The notes beneath the pieces are model-generated. The model saw nothing but the letters and a program-made list of their open reading frames with translations. It made no database searches and had not been told where the DNA came from. Shown here piece after piece: positions 46,278-56,573 of a DNA stretch of 64,000 nt. The position numbers were made by a program, and so were the translations under genes. This DNA comes from Naegleria gruberi (taxonomy: Eukaryota). The DNA is taken from assembly GCA_000004985.1 (NCBI GenBank), contig GG738883.1, one strand, 5' to 3'. Within the stretch, counting starts at the first letter, position 1; every line of letters begins with the position of its first letter.

Positions 46278-47912
46278 ATGAAATTGGAACGTTTCTTATT
46301 GCTTGGTGTTACCATGTGGATGGTTGTGGCCATGCTATGGAACGGAAAGATCAACCCAACATGTTCAACAAGTGTATCCTCTCCTGTTCTCTTGATGGTT
46401 AACGCTCAGCAAGACCTTTCCCTTGAAGATTTTGAACAGTTAATCAAGAAGACCTTGAGAAAGGACTGCCCACATTTAAAGAAAGCTGTTAAGGATGGAT
46501 GGAGTGTATGTGATAAGGAGTATGGTGAGTTGGATTTAGCTGGTAAGGCATCTTCCTCTGAAGTGGACATGTCCCTCATTAGGAGTGGATATGGCTACTC
46601 TCCTGTTGAACATGAGATCAAGTTACAAGTATTAGAGTCAGCCAATGCATCAATCATTGATCCACCAATGGTTGAGACTAAGGAAATGCATTTTAGCAAG
46701 GTGAGAGATTTCTACAACCATGTCTATAACATGAATTCCACAAGTCATGTTGCAGTTTTGTACTCTGACACTTTGGAAAATGCCAAACAAACATTCACCA
46801 CTCTTTTCAAATCAAAAACTGATATTCATGCTGTAGATACCAAATATGCTCACTACTCTGTCAAGACCACTAAACAATTACAATTCACCACTAGTTTTCA
46901 AACAATTTTACAAAAACTACCAATGAGTTACCATTCAAAAATTTATGAAAGATTTATCAATATATTTGGAAGTCAAGTAATGACTAGTGTCTTATACGGA
47001 GGATTGGTAGGTCAAACCAGTATCATCAAGTCATGCTATTCAAGTGAAAGTGCAGTTAAATATTCGCAAGCAAGATTACAAAAATTAATGACTGGAACCT
47101 CAGATGTTGACATTCCAAATACCTTCTTGAAATATTCCAAGATTATTTCGAGTGATATCATTGGAGGAAATCCAGAAATTTCCTCAATCAAAAAGAGAGT
47201 TTCAACATTCCCAAAAAATAGTTCACCAATCAAATTCCAAACTGTTCCAATTTGGAAATTAATTCCTGAGGAAAATTATCAAAGAGAACATTTAAAGACT
47301 GCCTATGACAATTTAATGACCAAATCCGCCAACAAATTTGAGAAATTGATTTCAGATATTGAAAATCTCAAGTTGAAACAAAGTGGAGCAGCAATTCCTG
47401 CAAAATTATTCTATTCTCAAAGTGAATGTGGATTCAATTTTGCTAAAGATCGTTGTTATGGAAAACGTAAGACTTCATGTAAAGGTAATAAGCGTTCTGC
47501 ATGTACTGGGCTTGTCAATAAGAAATCTGACATTCATATCGTAAGAGGAGCTCCATCTAAGGTAATTGACAAACTCTGTCCATTTGAATATAGAATGACA
47601 ATCTTCCCTACAGATGTTTATGGTTGCAGATCTGCAGCTGTCAGATTATTTGTCTCAAGAAATTGGCAGGATGAAATTCAAGTGTCAGTTGTCTATTCTT
47701 TCATTGATGACAATTACAAACTTGTTGAACAAGTTGTCTATGTCTCACCACCACAAAAACAAGGTGGATGTATTCAAGTTTCTACTAGCAATTTCAATAA
47801 TGAAGAATTGAGCACTTCTTTGAAGGGTTTGAAATGGAGATTGTGTACTAATTGCATGCCAATGATTGGTAAGGATCATTCATTAAAATGCGGATGTCCA
47901 TATCTTGTTTAG
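46278..47912 (+). CDS. Secreted MACPF-domain (membrane-attack-complex/perforin) protein of 544 aa with a Cys-rich C-terminal domain.
   Basis: The N-terminus LLLGVTMWMVVAMLW is hydrophobic. The MACPF signature is FGSQVMTSVLYGGLVGQ, compared with (Y/F)G(T/S)H(F/Y)..S...GG. The C-terminal region is Cys-rich (CGFNFAKDRCYGKRKTSCKGNKRSAC...). Confidence 0.7.
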   Translation: MKLERFLLLGVTMWMVVAMLWNGKINPTCSTSVSSPVLLMVNAQQDLSLEDFEQLIKKTLRKDCPHLKKAVKDGWSVCDKEYGELDLAGKASSSEVDMSLIRSGYGYSPVEHEIKLQVLESANASIIDPPMVETKEMHFSKVRDFYNHVYNMNSTSHVAVLYSDTLENAKQTFTTLFKSKTDIHAVDTKYAHYSVKTTKQLQFTTSFQTILQKLPMSYHSKIYERFINIFGSQVMTSVLYGGLVGQTSIIKSCYSSESAVKYSQARLQKLMTGTSDVDIPNTFLKYSKIISSDIIGGNPEISSIKKRVSTFPKNSSPIKFQTVPIWKLIPEENYQREHLKTAYDNLMTKSANKFEKLISDIENLKLKQSGAAIPAKLFYSQSECGFNFAKDRCYGKRKTSCKGNKRSACTGLVNKKSDIHIVRGAPSKVIDKLCPFEYRMTIFPTDVYGCRSAAVRLFVSRNWQDEIQVSVVYSFIDDNYKLVEQVVYVSPPQKQGGCIQVSTSNFNNEELSTSLKGLKWRLCTNCMPMIGKDHSLKCGCPYLV

Positions 47913-48002
47913 ATTTTTGATTTAGTGTGAAATAAACTTTTTCAATACTACTAACGTATAAAATTTCTCATAATAAATTTCGATTAAAACTTTACAAAAA
48001 AA

Positions 48003-49209
48003 ATGCAAGATGATGATTGCTGCGTCCTCAATCTCGATTTCTCCATTGCTAGTCAATTATTAAAAAATTCATTTAAACAATGCTACAAAAATTCAACAAT
48101 AATTATGGATATAGGAAGTTGTGAAGCAAAGATTGGATTTTCACAAAATCCTGCTGATCCGATAATATTTCCATCAGTATACGGCAATGCGCGATATAAA
48201 TTTTCATTGATGTCTATATTCAATGATGTTGAAGTGGGAGAAAGAGCTCTGCAAAGAAAAGGAGTCTTGTCTTTAAGGTATCCAATGATGGCTAATGGAA
48301 GAACAAGTGATTGGGTTGGAGTGCAAAGGATTTATGATCACTCGTTTGAATTATTGGAATTGGTGGATGTGGATGAGAGATTTATGGTTTTATTGAGCGA
48401 AAATAATGCAACTGGAAATCAATCAAATGTTGTGGAGGAAAGAAAGCAAAAGGCAGAGTATTTGTTTGAAAAAGAGGCCGTGATGAAGATTGGAATGATC
48501 AATCAGACGATAATGACACTTGTGTCTTATGGGTTATATACTGGAACAGTTCTACATTCAGGGAATATCCAATCTTTGGCCATGTGTATTGAAAATTGTA
48601 AATTGGTTTCAGAGATGGAATCTTGTGTTCATAATCAACTTTTGGAAATAGGAGGACATCAAATGACATTGGATTTAGAAGATTTATTTAGAAGAAATGG
48701 TATTACATTAGGACATCACACCAATACCATTTGTACTGAGGTTAAGGAAACTCTATGTAGGGTTAAAATTCCAACACGAACAGTTCAGGATAGAAAATTT
48801 GAGCTTCCAGATGGATCTGATCTGATGATCGAAGGGGAATGGTTGGAACAAATTACAGAAAAATTATTTCATTCAGGTTCATATTGTGTGGAATCATTGA
48901 TCACGAACGCCAAGGCCACACTTTTACAAGAATATTGTGTTGGGAGGTGGAAATTGTCTATTTCCAGGATTTAGGGAACGTTTGCAAATTGAGCTAGATG
49001 CTATAGTATCGTCCCAATATCGCAGCTGTTTGAATGTACTTCCATTTTTGGAAGGGAAGAAAACAGAATATAAGGGAGGTCGTATTCTTTCAGAATTGTC
49101 AACAGTTCAAAAAGGAGCAATGATATCCAAGTCGCAATTTGAAGAACTTGGTTCGTCTATTTTCCACAGATTCCAATCATTCGAAAGGCCAATTTGCGAA
49201 TTTTATTAG
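48003..49209 (+). CDS. Divergent actin-related protein with an apparent +1/-1 frameshift near 48898-48915 that separates the last ~90 codons.
   Basis: The N-terminus IIMDIGSCEAKIGFSQNPADPIIFPSVYG matches actin D-N-G-S-G...FPS. Further actin-like segments are GVLSLRYPMMANGRTSDW, GTVLHSGNIQS and FELPDGSDLMIEGEW. The segment ...SLITNA (frame A) must shift to RPHFYKNIVLGGGNCLFPGFRERLQIE... (frame B, matching actin [20 protein letters not shown]). A TGA precedes frame B at 48898 and frame A terminates at 48972-48974. No intron-sized GT..AG is available at the junction. Confidence 0.6.
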
Positions 49210-49365
49210 ACGAAACAGTGCTGTTGATTCAAATCTGTTGTTTGTTCAAACTTTTACATAAAATATTAAGCACAAAAACCAGCTCAATTAAGGTTCCTTT
49301 AATAGAAACCAAACAGTCTATTCACTAAACAAAACTAACCCTATTCATCATACTCTATTGTGAAA

Positions 49366-49436
49366 TCGGGTGTGGTATAGTGGTAGCATTCCAGACTGTC
49401 ACTCTGGCGACCCGGGTTCAATTCCCGGCACTCGAG
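49366..49436 (+). tRNA. tRNA-Asp (GUC)
   Basis: The sequence is TCGGGTGTGGTATAGTGGTAGCATTCCAGACTGTCACTCTGGCGACCCGGGTTCAATTCCCGGCACTCGAG. The anticodon loop is CTGTCAC, the T-loop is TTCAATT and the acceptor has 7 bp with one G-U pair. It resembles eukaryotic tRNA-Asp. Confidence 0.85.
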
Positions 49437-49948
49437 TAATAATTTTATATTTTCTAGTTCAATAGTCATTATTTGTTCAATTTTCATTTTATGTTAGTTT
49501 AGATATTTTACTTCAATATTGCGTTTTTATTTTTTTAAAATTTCTTCTACTTCCATTTTTAGAAGCCTCTGTTTGGATTAAAACTAATATTTTTTTTCCA
49601 AAAATATCCAAAAGAAAGATTGCTTCTTTCTTCCTTATTTCTATTAATGAATAATGGTTCCATGCTCTCATAGATCAATTTTGACTCTATCTTTAATATT
49701 TGAGTTTTAATTTTGTCATAATATGAAGAAATAGATCTTTATTCAACAACTTATGGCTCACTTTCAATTGAAAATTCAGAAGAACAATGATAGATTTGAA
49801 TTTTTGTTTTGTAAAAATTTCATCAAGGCCAAAATTGAACATAATGAGGATGTATTAATCAAATCGTAGTGATTGTGGATGGAGTGCGTTTGAATTCAGA
49901 ATCATTAATCTTCTTCATCAAACAATAAGAAGCAATTCAATAAAAAAA

Positions 49949-50365
49949 ATGGAAGACTTTGATGATTTGATGGACCAAGTTATTCACTTGGAACGTAATT
50001 TATATGAAAATGCCAAGGAATTAGGAAAGAATCATGGAGAACAAGCAGCAAGAGATGAAGGGTTTGAATTTGGAGTTGGTTATGGAAGAAAGGCTGGTTT
50101 GGAAATTGGAGAAGTTATCGGATTGTGTATTTACATTAAATCACATATTACTGATGTTGATGAAAAGACAAAGGAGAGAATTATTCATACAATTCAACAA
50201 ATAGAAAAGATTATTACTTTGGATATTAATTGGTCAAATCCATCAAAAAATGATTTGGAAGAAATTGTAGAAAATTTAAGAAATAAGAAAAAGTTACTTG
50301 AAATTAGATCTAAACAAGTTATTGGAAAAGTAATTGTTACACAAAAGCAAGATTATTCATTTTAA
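49949..50365 (+). CDS. Yae1/LTO1-family protein (deca-GX3 motif, Fe-S delivery adaptor for ABCE1/Rli1), 138 aa.
   Basis: The N-terminus MEDFDDLMDQV is acidic. The deca-GX3 motif is GFEFGVGYGRKAGLEIGEVIG, with Gly every fourth residue. The start context is AAAAAAAATG. Confidence 0.7.
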   Translation: MEDFDDLMDQVIHLERNLYENAKELGKNHGEQAARDEGFEFGVGYGRKAGLEIGEVIGLCIYIKSHITDVDEKTKERIIHTIQQIEKIITLDINWSNPSKNDLEEIVENLRNKKKLLEIRSKQVIGKVIVTQKQDYSF

Positions 50366-50676
50366 TCATCATGTGTTAATGATACATCGTTTGGAGGATA
50401 ATCAGTATATGGAGTATTTGATTCAGTTGGTTCCTTATTTAATAACAAGTGATAATCATAAGTATCATTTCCAAATCTAAGAAGTTTTTTCAGTGTTGTT
50501 AATTGATAAACTGAGCATGATAAGAATGGAACACAACAAAATACTGTAGCCAATGAAGATAAAACAATACTGATAATATATGCATATTTCTTTACACTTG
50601 ATTCGTGTGTTTCATCAGGTGTGTTAAAGTTTGGATTTGAGACAAGAGATCCAATGGTTAATCCTATATTTTTCAT
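50362..50676 (-). CDS. Small predicted membrane protein of 104 aa.
   Basis: The hydrophobic segment is YIISIVLSSLATVFCCVPFLSCSV. Its stop codon overlaps the stop of the convergent Yae1-like gene by 2 nt. Support is weak. Confidence 0.3.
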   Translation of the reverse strand: MKNIGLTIGSLVSNPNFNTPDETHESSVKKYAYIISIVLSSLATVFCCVPFLSCSVYQLTTLKKLLRFGNDTYDYHLLLNKEPTESNTPYTDYPPNDVSLTHDD

Positions 50677-50830
50677 TATCTATATATCAATTTGATTTCC
50701 AATCAATAAAAACTCACCAATTCTATAATATATTCAATTAATGTTCATTTTGTTTCAAATCATTTTCATAAAACACATGATGATGATTTGAATTCATACT
50801 TCATAAGAATTTAAATTATTAATTAGTAAA

Positions 50831-51220
50831 TTACCTCAAAATAGCCATCAAAAGACACAGAGAAACAAAAACAACCCAAGAAACACTCAATACATATCTC
50901 CTCTTAACATTGGCCAACATGACAGAACTCACAATAGCCAACACTCCAGCAACCACCAATAATATCCCAATAACATAGTCCAAAGCAATGGCCGGAATTG
51001 AAAATGATCCTTCCAAAATTGTGGCAAAATAACCAGTCTTTGTGTGAGTGATGAGGAGAGAGGAGGCAAAAATAATACAAGCAACACCGAACATGATCAT
51101 AATTATACCTCCAATCAGTGAGAGGTTTCTTGATTGTTGTACACGATGAGATAACTTTTGTGACTCATTTTCTGTTGCAGCCATTTTTTTAATTGAAAAT
51201 GACTTGATAAGTGACATCAA
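50831..51220 (-). CDS. Predicted four-transmembrane-helix small membrane protein of 129 aa.
   Basis: The hydrophobic helices are LSLIGGIIMIMFGVACIIFASSLLI, IPAIALDYVIGILLVVAGVLAIV, SSVML and VLSVSWVVFVSLCLLMAIL. The terminal TAA lies within a GAG|GTAATT donor-like context, so a downstream exon cannot be excluded. I found no consistent acceptor. Confidence 0.45.
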   Translation of the reverse strand: MMSLIKSFSIKKMAATENESQKLSHRVQQSRNLSLIGGIIMIMFGVACIIFASSLLITHTKTGYFATILEGSFSIPAIALDYVIGILLVVAGVLAIVSSVMLANVKRRYVLSVSWVVFVSLCLLMAILR

Positions 51221-51324
51221 TAGTTTTCAAAGAGAGCTTTTTGTTTCGTACAGTGCATCAGCAGTGCAGTGAATAAAGAGGGAAAATATTTATTATGTAT
51301 TCCTATTTGAAAAAGTTTACATAT

Positions 51325-51987
51325 TTATTCTGATTCAACACCTAATGTTGGTAGTTGAACGACTAATTCGCCTACCGATTTAGAGTCAATCTTAATATTC
51401 TTTACAGAGTTAATAGTTAGATCCGTTATTCTTTTAATTAATTGGATATCTTCATCGTCTGGTGTTCTGCTGTTAGTTTCATCATTGTTTGAACAATCTT
51501 TGATCAACTGTTCAATAACCGATTGATTTTCAATTATATTTGATGTAGGTAATGTGAATAAATTGGATTGTTTAAGAATAGTTTCAACGGTTTTCATCCT
51601 CTCTTCATTTTCAGGTTCGTCTTCTTCTCCGTAATTATTTTCATAATTTAAATCTCCACCTCCTACAAGTAAACTTGGACTACTGCTCACATAGATAAAC
51701 TTTTTACCAGTCTTGTTAAGAATTTTATCGAACATTTCTCTCTCCTTCATACGTAGATCGGTCCAACTTTCAGCCACAGACTTTGCAACAGCTCCATCTT
51801 CACCCTCTACAAGATGAGGTTTTGTTAAAAGTGGATTTGAATGTATATTGTTTTGATTTCCATTATTATTTGTTGTATTTGTTGTTGTTGCTCCTCCACT
51901 ATTATTTCCACCCGATGATGATGGAACAGTCTTTTCTCTGGTTTTTGTTGAATTTACGTCTTGTTGTTTACTTTGGTCACAGCCCAT
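51325..51987 (-). CDS. Hypothetical protein of 220 aa with an N-terminal MGCxxS dual-acylation (myristoyl/palmitoyl) motif.
   Basis: MGCDQSK has Gly2, Cys3 and Ser6. A low-complexity Asn/Thr-rich region follows. No domain I recognise. Confidence 0.55.
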   Translation of the reverse strand: MGCDQSKQQDVNSTKTREKTVPSSSGGNNSGGATTTNTTNNNGNQNNIHSNPLLTKPHLVEGEDGAVAKSVAESWTDLRMKEREMFDKILNKTGKKFIYVSSSPSLLVGGGDLNYENNYGEEDEPENEERMKTVETILKQSNLFTLPTSNIIENQSVIEQLIKDCSNNDETNSRTPDDEDIQLIKRITDLTINSVKNIKIDSKSVGELVVQLPTLGVESE

Positions 51988-52172
51988 TTTTTATGTTGTG
52001 ATTCTTTGAGAGGATATTTTTAGGCTTTGAAAAAAATATCAAATTATTACAAGTTATTACTCAGCGAATTTATTAAAGATTTGGAAAGGATTTTAAATCT
52101 ATTATCTCATATATAGTTGATTATAGATAAATAGATTCCGAGTGTAGTGAACAAAATATTAATATTTTAAAA

Positions 52173-54578
52173 ATGTTAACAGACTTTGAAATCAATGATG
52201 AGAATAATCATCAGGACGATCAGGGCTATGATGAAATTATTGGAGGAGAAGATCATCATGTTCGTAATAGTAACGAAACAAAATTTGATAATTTACCGGA
52301 GGAAGTAATTGCAAATATTTGTTCATGTTTTATGAGAAATTCAACAACAAATTTAGCAGAAAGAAAAGGACAACAGGATTTTTCTGAAAATTCATTGTTT
52401 GAGTATGAAGATTTTCATACTGTCAATATTGATGATTTAATAGATATTTATCCATTATCGTTACTTAATAGAACTATTAGAAACAAAATTTTAAATAATA
52501 ATCATTTGTGGAATGAACAAATGATTGTTGATCTGAGTGAATTTTCAAAATCAACCAAATTATTTAAATATATGAATAAGATTAATGATTGGAATTATAG
52601 TTCATCTGATGATGATCTAATTGTAACAGTAGAAAGAGAAAGACTAAATATTGCTTTGAACTTTCTTTCATGTCTTGGTTTATCTGAATATATTAAAAAG
52701 TTAAAAGTTAGTTGCATATTGAAAGAAGTTGGGTTGAAGGAATCCATTTCATGGTCAAAACTCATTATTCACTCATTCCCTAATCTAACAGATATCATCT
52801 ATTACAGCCTCACTGATAGAAATGTTGTTAAGAGGTACGAATCCTTAGATTGTACTCAGGGAAAATGGCAAAATTTGAGCTCAATAACTGTTTATTTTGA
52901 TTTTACGTCATTATTATCTTTAATAGAAAACCACAAATCTACTATCAAGTCTATTGCTTTTTCTCCAAAAATGTCAGATAGGAAATCAACAGAAGAACTC
53001 TTAAAAAATCCCAAGATACTGGAAAATGTACAGAACATTATTATTAGTATGAAGTTTGATTCTGCAATGATGGAATCTAACAAAAATTATATGGAAAAGT
53101 TTGGTGCATTAAACATAGATTGTTCTGCTTTAGATATAGAGCGTTGGATTCCAAAACTGACACACCTTAAAAAGTTGGTGTTGGAAGGAATATACAATCC
53201 AAATTTTAAAATTGAAAACGTTAATTTCACAAATTTAACTGAGCTAGTGATATGTTTAGCTAATCAATCGGAATTAGCTTTCAACAATGTTCAAGCTCCA
53301 GAATTGCAAGAGCTTAGCATTTCTAATGCATCAATAGAAGCATCAACAGAGCCATTTAAAAATTTGCGATCATTGAAATTTCAAACTTGTAATTATGATC
53401 AAAATTTTTGGATCAAATCTCACCCTACACTCATGTACTTTAGCTTGTTTTTTCCAGAGTTTAAAGACACTATGTATAATCGCTCATTTTCATTGACTGA
53501 CAATCAAAGCTTACTTGTTATTTTACTTACCTCACTGGAATCTGTCTCTATAACTAACATCAACCCTTCTTGCAAATTATATATTGAAAAATGTCAATCA
53601 ATTCAGATTAATACTAGTAAGATATCTGAAATTTATATACAGAGCTATTCTACTGCTAGCGATATAAATATCAAAGGAGATCACTGTTCAAAACTTCATC
53701 TTCCAAAAGGTATTGAAAAATGTAAAATAGATTTGAATTCAATTAGTGAGATGAACTGTTATTATCAAGATAATTATTCTAAAATATTACCTCTTAGAGC
53801 ACATAACATTTCGTTAGAAACATTGCATATATCCTGCTTTAACATTCCTATTTTTATTAAGGAATTCTTAACATCCTTTAAATATATTGGAACTTGTAAA
53901 TGTGTTATCAGTCATGATCATACATACTCAAAAGTATACAAAAACATTAGTCCAAGCTCTAATCTTGATACTGACATGTCTAGTGTTGAGAAAATAATTA
54001 CTCATGGAGATATATCACTTCATACACATTTGACAAATAGCACCTCCTTACATACAATAATATCTGGAAGCAAATTAATCTGTTCTCCCAATACCACCTA
54101 CTTGAGCACTTCACTCACTCATTTGGAAACAAGTATTCAAAACTTTTCTTCACAATTTGACCTCCCTAATTTGAAAAATTTAATAATTTCTCATTCTGCA
54201 GATATAGAAATTGATCTTTCTCAATATCCACATCTAGAAGATTTTTCAATTTCTCATTCTAAGAATGTAAAAATTCGAAATACATCCAAGAGTATGGAGA
54301 AAATGAAATTTTTCCTATTGGAGGGTATTAATTCTCTTTCAATCAGTATTGATAATGTACAAGCCCCAAATATCCGAGAAGCCATCATTCACTCAATCAA
54401 AAGCATTGAACCTGGTACTGAGCCAATATTCACTTTATCTCATAGCCCAAAGATGCTCTTTTACTATGTTTCATTTGTGTGGAAACCAGCTTTTAAACCA
54501 AACCCACCTCGTACACATCAAGAAACTTTTGTAACGCCAATACCTAACGAAAACACCAGAAATTGTGAAATATTATAA
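52173..54578 (+). CDS. Large hypothetical protein of 801 aa with an F-box-like N-terminal motif and LRR-like repeats.
   Basis: The N-terminal motif is NLPEEVIANICSCF. The downstream region is leucine-rich and repetitive (NLTELVICLANQSELAFNNVQAPELQELSISNASIE...). The start context is AAAAATG. Confidence 0.55.
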   Translation: MLTDFEINDENNHQDDQGYDEIIGGEDHHVRNSNETKFDNLPEEVIANICSCFMRNSTTNLAERKGQQDFSENSLFEYEDFHTVNIDDLIDIYPLSLLNRTIRNKILNNNHLWNEQMIVDLSEFSKSTKLFKYMNKINDWNYSSSDDDLIVTVERERLNIALNFLSCLGLSEYIKKLKVSCILKEVGLKESISWSKLIIHSFPNLTDIIYYSLTDRNVVKRYESLDCTQGKWQNLSSITVYFDFTSLLSLIENHKSTIKSIAFSPKMSDRKSTEELLKNPKILENVQNIIISMKFDSAMMESNKNYMEKFGALNIDCSALDIERWIPKLTHLKKLVLEGIYNPNFKIENVNFTNLTELVICLANQSELAFNNVQAPELQELSISNASIEASTEPFKNLRSLKFQTCNYDQNFWIKSHPTLMYFSLFFPEFKDTMYNRSFSLTDNQSLLVILLTSLESVSITNINPSCKLYIEKCQSIQINTSKISEIYIQSYSTASDINIKGDHCSKLHLPKGIEKCKIDLNSISEMNCYYQDNYSKILPLRAHNISLETLHISCFNIPIFIKEFLTSFKYIGTCKCVISHDHTYSKVYKNISPSSNLDTDMSSVEKIITHGDISLHTHLTNSTSLHTIISGSKLICSPNTTYLSTSLTHLETSIQNFSSQFDLPNLKNLIISHSADIEIDLSQYPHLEDFSISHSKNVKIRNTSKSMEKMKFFLLEGINSLSISIDNVQAPNIREAIIHSIKSIEPGTEPIFTLSHSPKMLFYYVSFVWKPAFKPNPPRTHQETFVTPIPNENTRNCEIL

Positions 54579-54649
54579 CAATTTCTGGTGTGAAATATTA
54601 GAAACTTTGGATAACTTTTTTTCATTGAATCTGTGGCCAATTAATTGTG

Positions 54650-56089
54650 TTACTCCTCATTCATAGAAATTTCTAAAAACCTCGTTCCATTAAAATCTTT
54701 AATTGTTTCAATAACAATCTTATCTATTGGATCTGATAATAGCAATACTTCTAACCCTTTCTTGGAATACTGTTCAATAAGTACTTCATTAATATTGGTT
54801 TCAATGCTTAGCAAAAAGTAAATGAATGTTTGTCCCTCCATCATTCTTGAACAATAATCCCTCAAACTCGACCACTCCGTCCTTTTGCAATTCGAGTGAA
54901 ATCTCAAAAGGTCTGTCAGAAGTAATCTATTTGAATCATCTAAAATCACTCCCATCTTGATTTTCCTTCCAAAATTTTGGTAGAAGTTCTTATAATCATC
55001 CTTATTTTCAGCAAGTCTTTCAAACATTTGCAATGTTGCCCTTGTCACACGTTTCCTTATTACTTTTAAAATTTTGTTTTCAGAAAATTGATATAAATTA
55101 AGAGGTAAATCTTCCGAATCTACCAATACTCTCATGAAATCCAAATAGTCTGGTACAATATATTTGCAATTATCCATTATAAACGTGCTTCTTATGTACA
55201 GATGACTGACAAGCTCATAATTAAAATGGGCCACCTTTGGAATAAACAATAGTAATTTGAATTCAAGAATTCCTTCAACTCTGTAATGAGACATGGTCAA
55301 GTAATCTTCCCAATCATTTGACATTTCCTTATAGAACTGTAAATATTCACTTTTTGAAATTTTTTCAGGATCTCTTGTCCACAAGGGCTGATCTTTGTTC
55401 AAAAACTCACATTTCTGTTCATTATTTTCATCCAGAGTCTGTAGTAACACTGGATATCTAATTGGTTTGGAAAGAACAGTCAGATACATCTTGAGAAATG
55501 AATTATCCAACAATACAAGTGAATCCTCATTCAAATATAGTGTTACTCTTGTTCCTCTTGTCAATTGTTCAGAACTTGTGTCACTTGCTACTTTGAAAAC
55601 TCCATCTCCACTCGATTTCCAAATAAATTGCTCATTTCCATGCATTTTAGATGAAACCACCACTTTTTCAGCAATCATAAATGCTAAATTAAATCCAAAA
55701 CAATTTCCAAACCGTTCCATTACACTACTTTTATCACCTTGTTTCAATAATTCAACATATAATTTCACTCTCTTACTCAAAGAACCTCCTAAATTCAACA
55801 CAAGATCATTCCTTGACATTCCAAATCCTGAATCAATAATACTCAATGATTTACTCTCCAAATCAGGAATTATTTTAATGAATAGTTGAGGTTCACTCAA
55901 CAAGACAGAAGAATCCGATAGACTTGCATATTTAATTCTATCCAAAGCATCAGAAGAGTTGGAAATTAGTGATTTGAGAATAGTTTGCAAGTTATTGGAA
56001 GGAGGAATTTGTTTCAATAATTTGATTAATTCTGCAATTTCCTCTTGAAATAAGAAAGTATCTTCCGATATCTGATGATCTGAAGCCAT
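54650..56089 (-). CDS. HSP90-family paralog (N-terminal GHKL ATPase-like domain plus middle domain) of about 479 aa. It lacks the charged linker tail, the C-terminal dimerisation domain and the MEEVD motif.
   Basis: DTFLFQEEIAELIKLL...LISNSSDALDRIKY, IIDSGFGMS, the middle-domain segments HYRVEGILEFKLLLFIPKVAHF and NKILKVIRKRVTRATLQMFERLAENKDDYKNFYQNFGRKIKMGV, and LEVLLLSDPIDKIVIETIKDF all align collinearly to HSP90. The position equivalent to the catalytic Glu in RELISNSSDALDK is Ser (KSLISN). The glycine-rich lid GQFGVGFYS is degenerate (GNCFGFNLA). The start is taken at MASDH (AAAAAAATGGCT). Confidence 0.8.
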   Translation of the reverse strand: MASDHQISEDTFLFQEEIAELIKLLKQIPPSNNLQTILKSLISNSSDALDRIKYASLSDSSVLLSEPQLFIKIIPDLESKSLSIIDSGFGMSRNDLVLNLGGSLSKRVKLYVELLKQGDKSSVMERFGNCFGFNLAFMIAEKVVVSSKMHGNEQFIWKSSGDGVFKVASDTSSEQLTRGTRVTLYLNEDSLVLLDNSFLKMYLTVLSKPIRYPVLLQTLDENNEQKCEFLNKDQPLWTRDPEKISKSEYLQFYKEMSNDWEDYLTMSHYRVEGILEFKLLLFIPKVAHFNYELVSHLYIRSTFIMDNCKYIVPDYLDFMRVLVDSEDLPLNLYQFSENKILKVIRKRVTRATLQMFERLAENKDDYKNFYQNFGRKIKMGVILDDSNRLLLTDLLRFHSNCKRTEWSSLRDYCSRMMEGQTFIYFLLSIETNINEVLIEQYSKKGLEVLLLSDPIDKIVIETIKDFNGTRFLEISMNEE

Positions 56090-56573
56090 TTTTTTAATAT
56101 ATTGTAATGGATAATATTTTGTAAACAACATGCAGGAAAAATAGCGTTGGTCTGATGAAAATTAAATTGTCATCAACACAATTTCTTATGGAAAGACACC
56201 ATACAATAAAAGTAAGTTGTAGGTTCAATTACTGGTCCTAACAAGGATTTTTCTTCAGCTAAAACACTCAAAAAAATACAACAAATTCACTTCTAAAAAA
56301 AACCTCCATCGGTACGGTTTTGGCTTTTTTCGTTCTCTTCATCACAAAGTTAAACCGTTGTTGTGTATTTTAAAAAGGCTTTGCAGAATAAGAAATAACA
56401 TCGGCCCACAACATCAACATCTTCAACAACAACAACAACAAAATTTAAAAACACAACAGGTGATAGATTTCTACCTGATACAATCTAGGCTATTAACTGA
56501 TTCATCATCAATTTGATCAAAATACTTTTCAACAATACAATTTCACGGATATGATAAAAACAAAACAATCACA

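Noticed and set aside
50676-50836. Tried to splice 4-TM ORF 50831..51220 to downstream ORF 50362..50676 via the GAG|GTAATT donor
   Set aside because: No acceptor gives a consistent frame. Every candidate introduces an immediate stop. They are kept as separate low-confidence genes.
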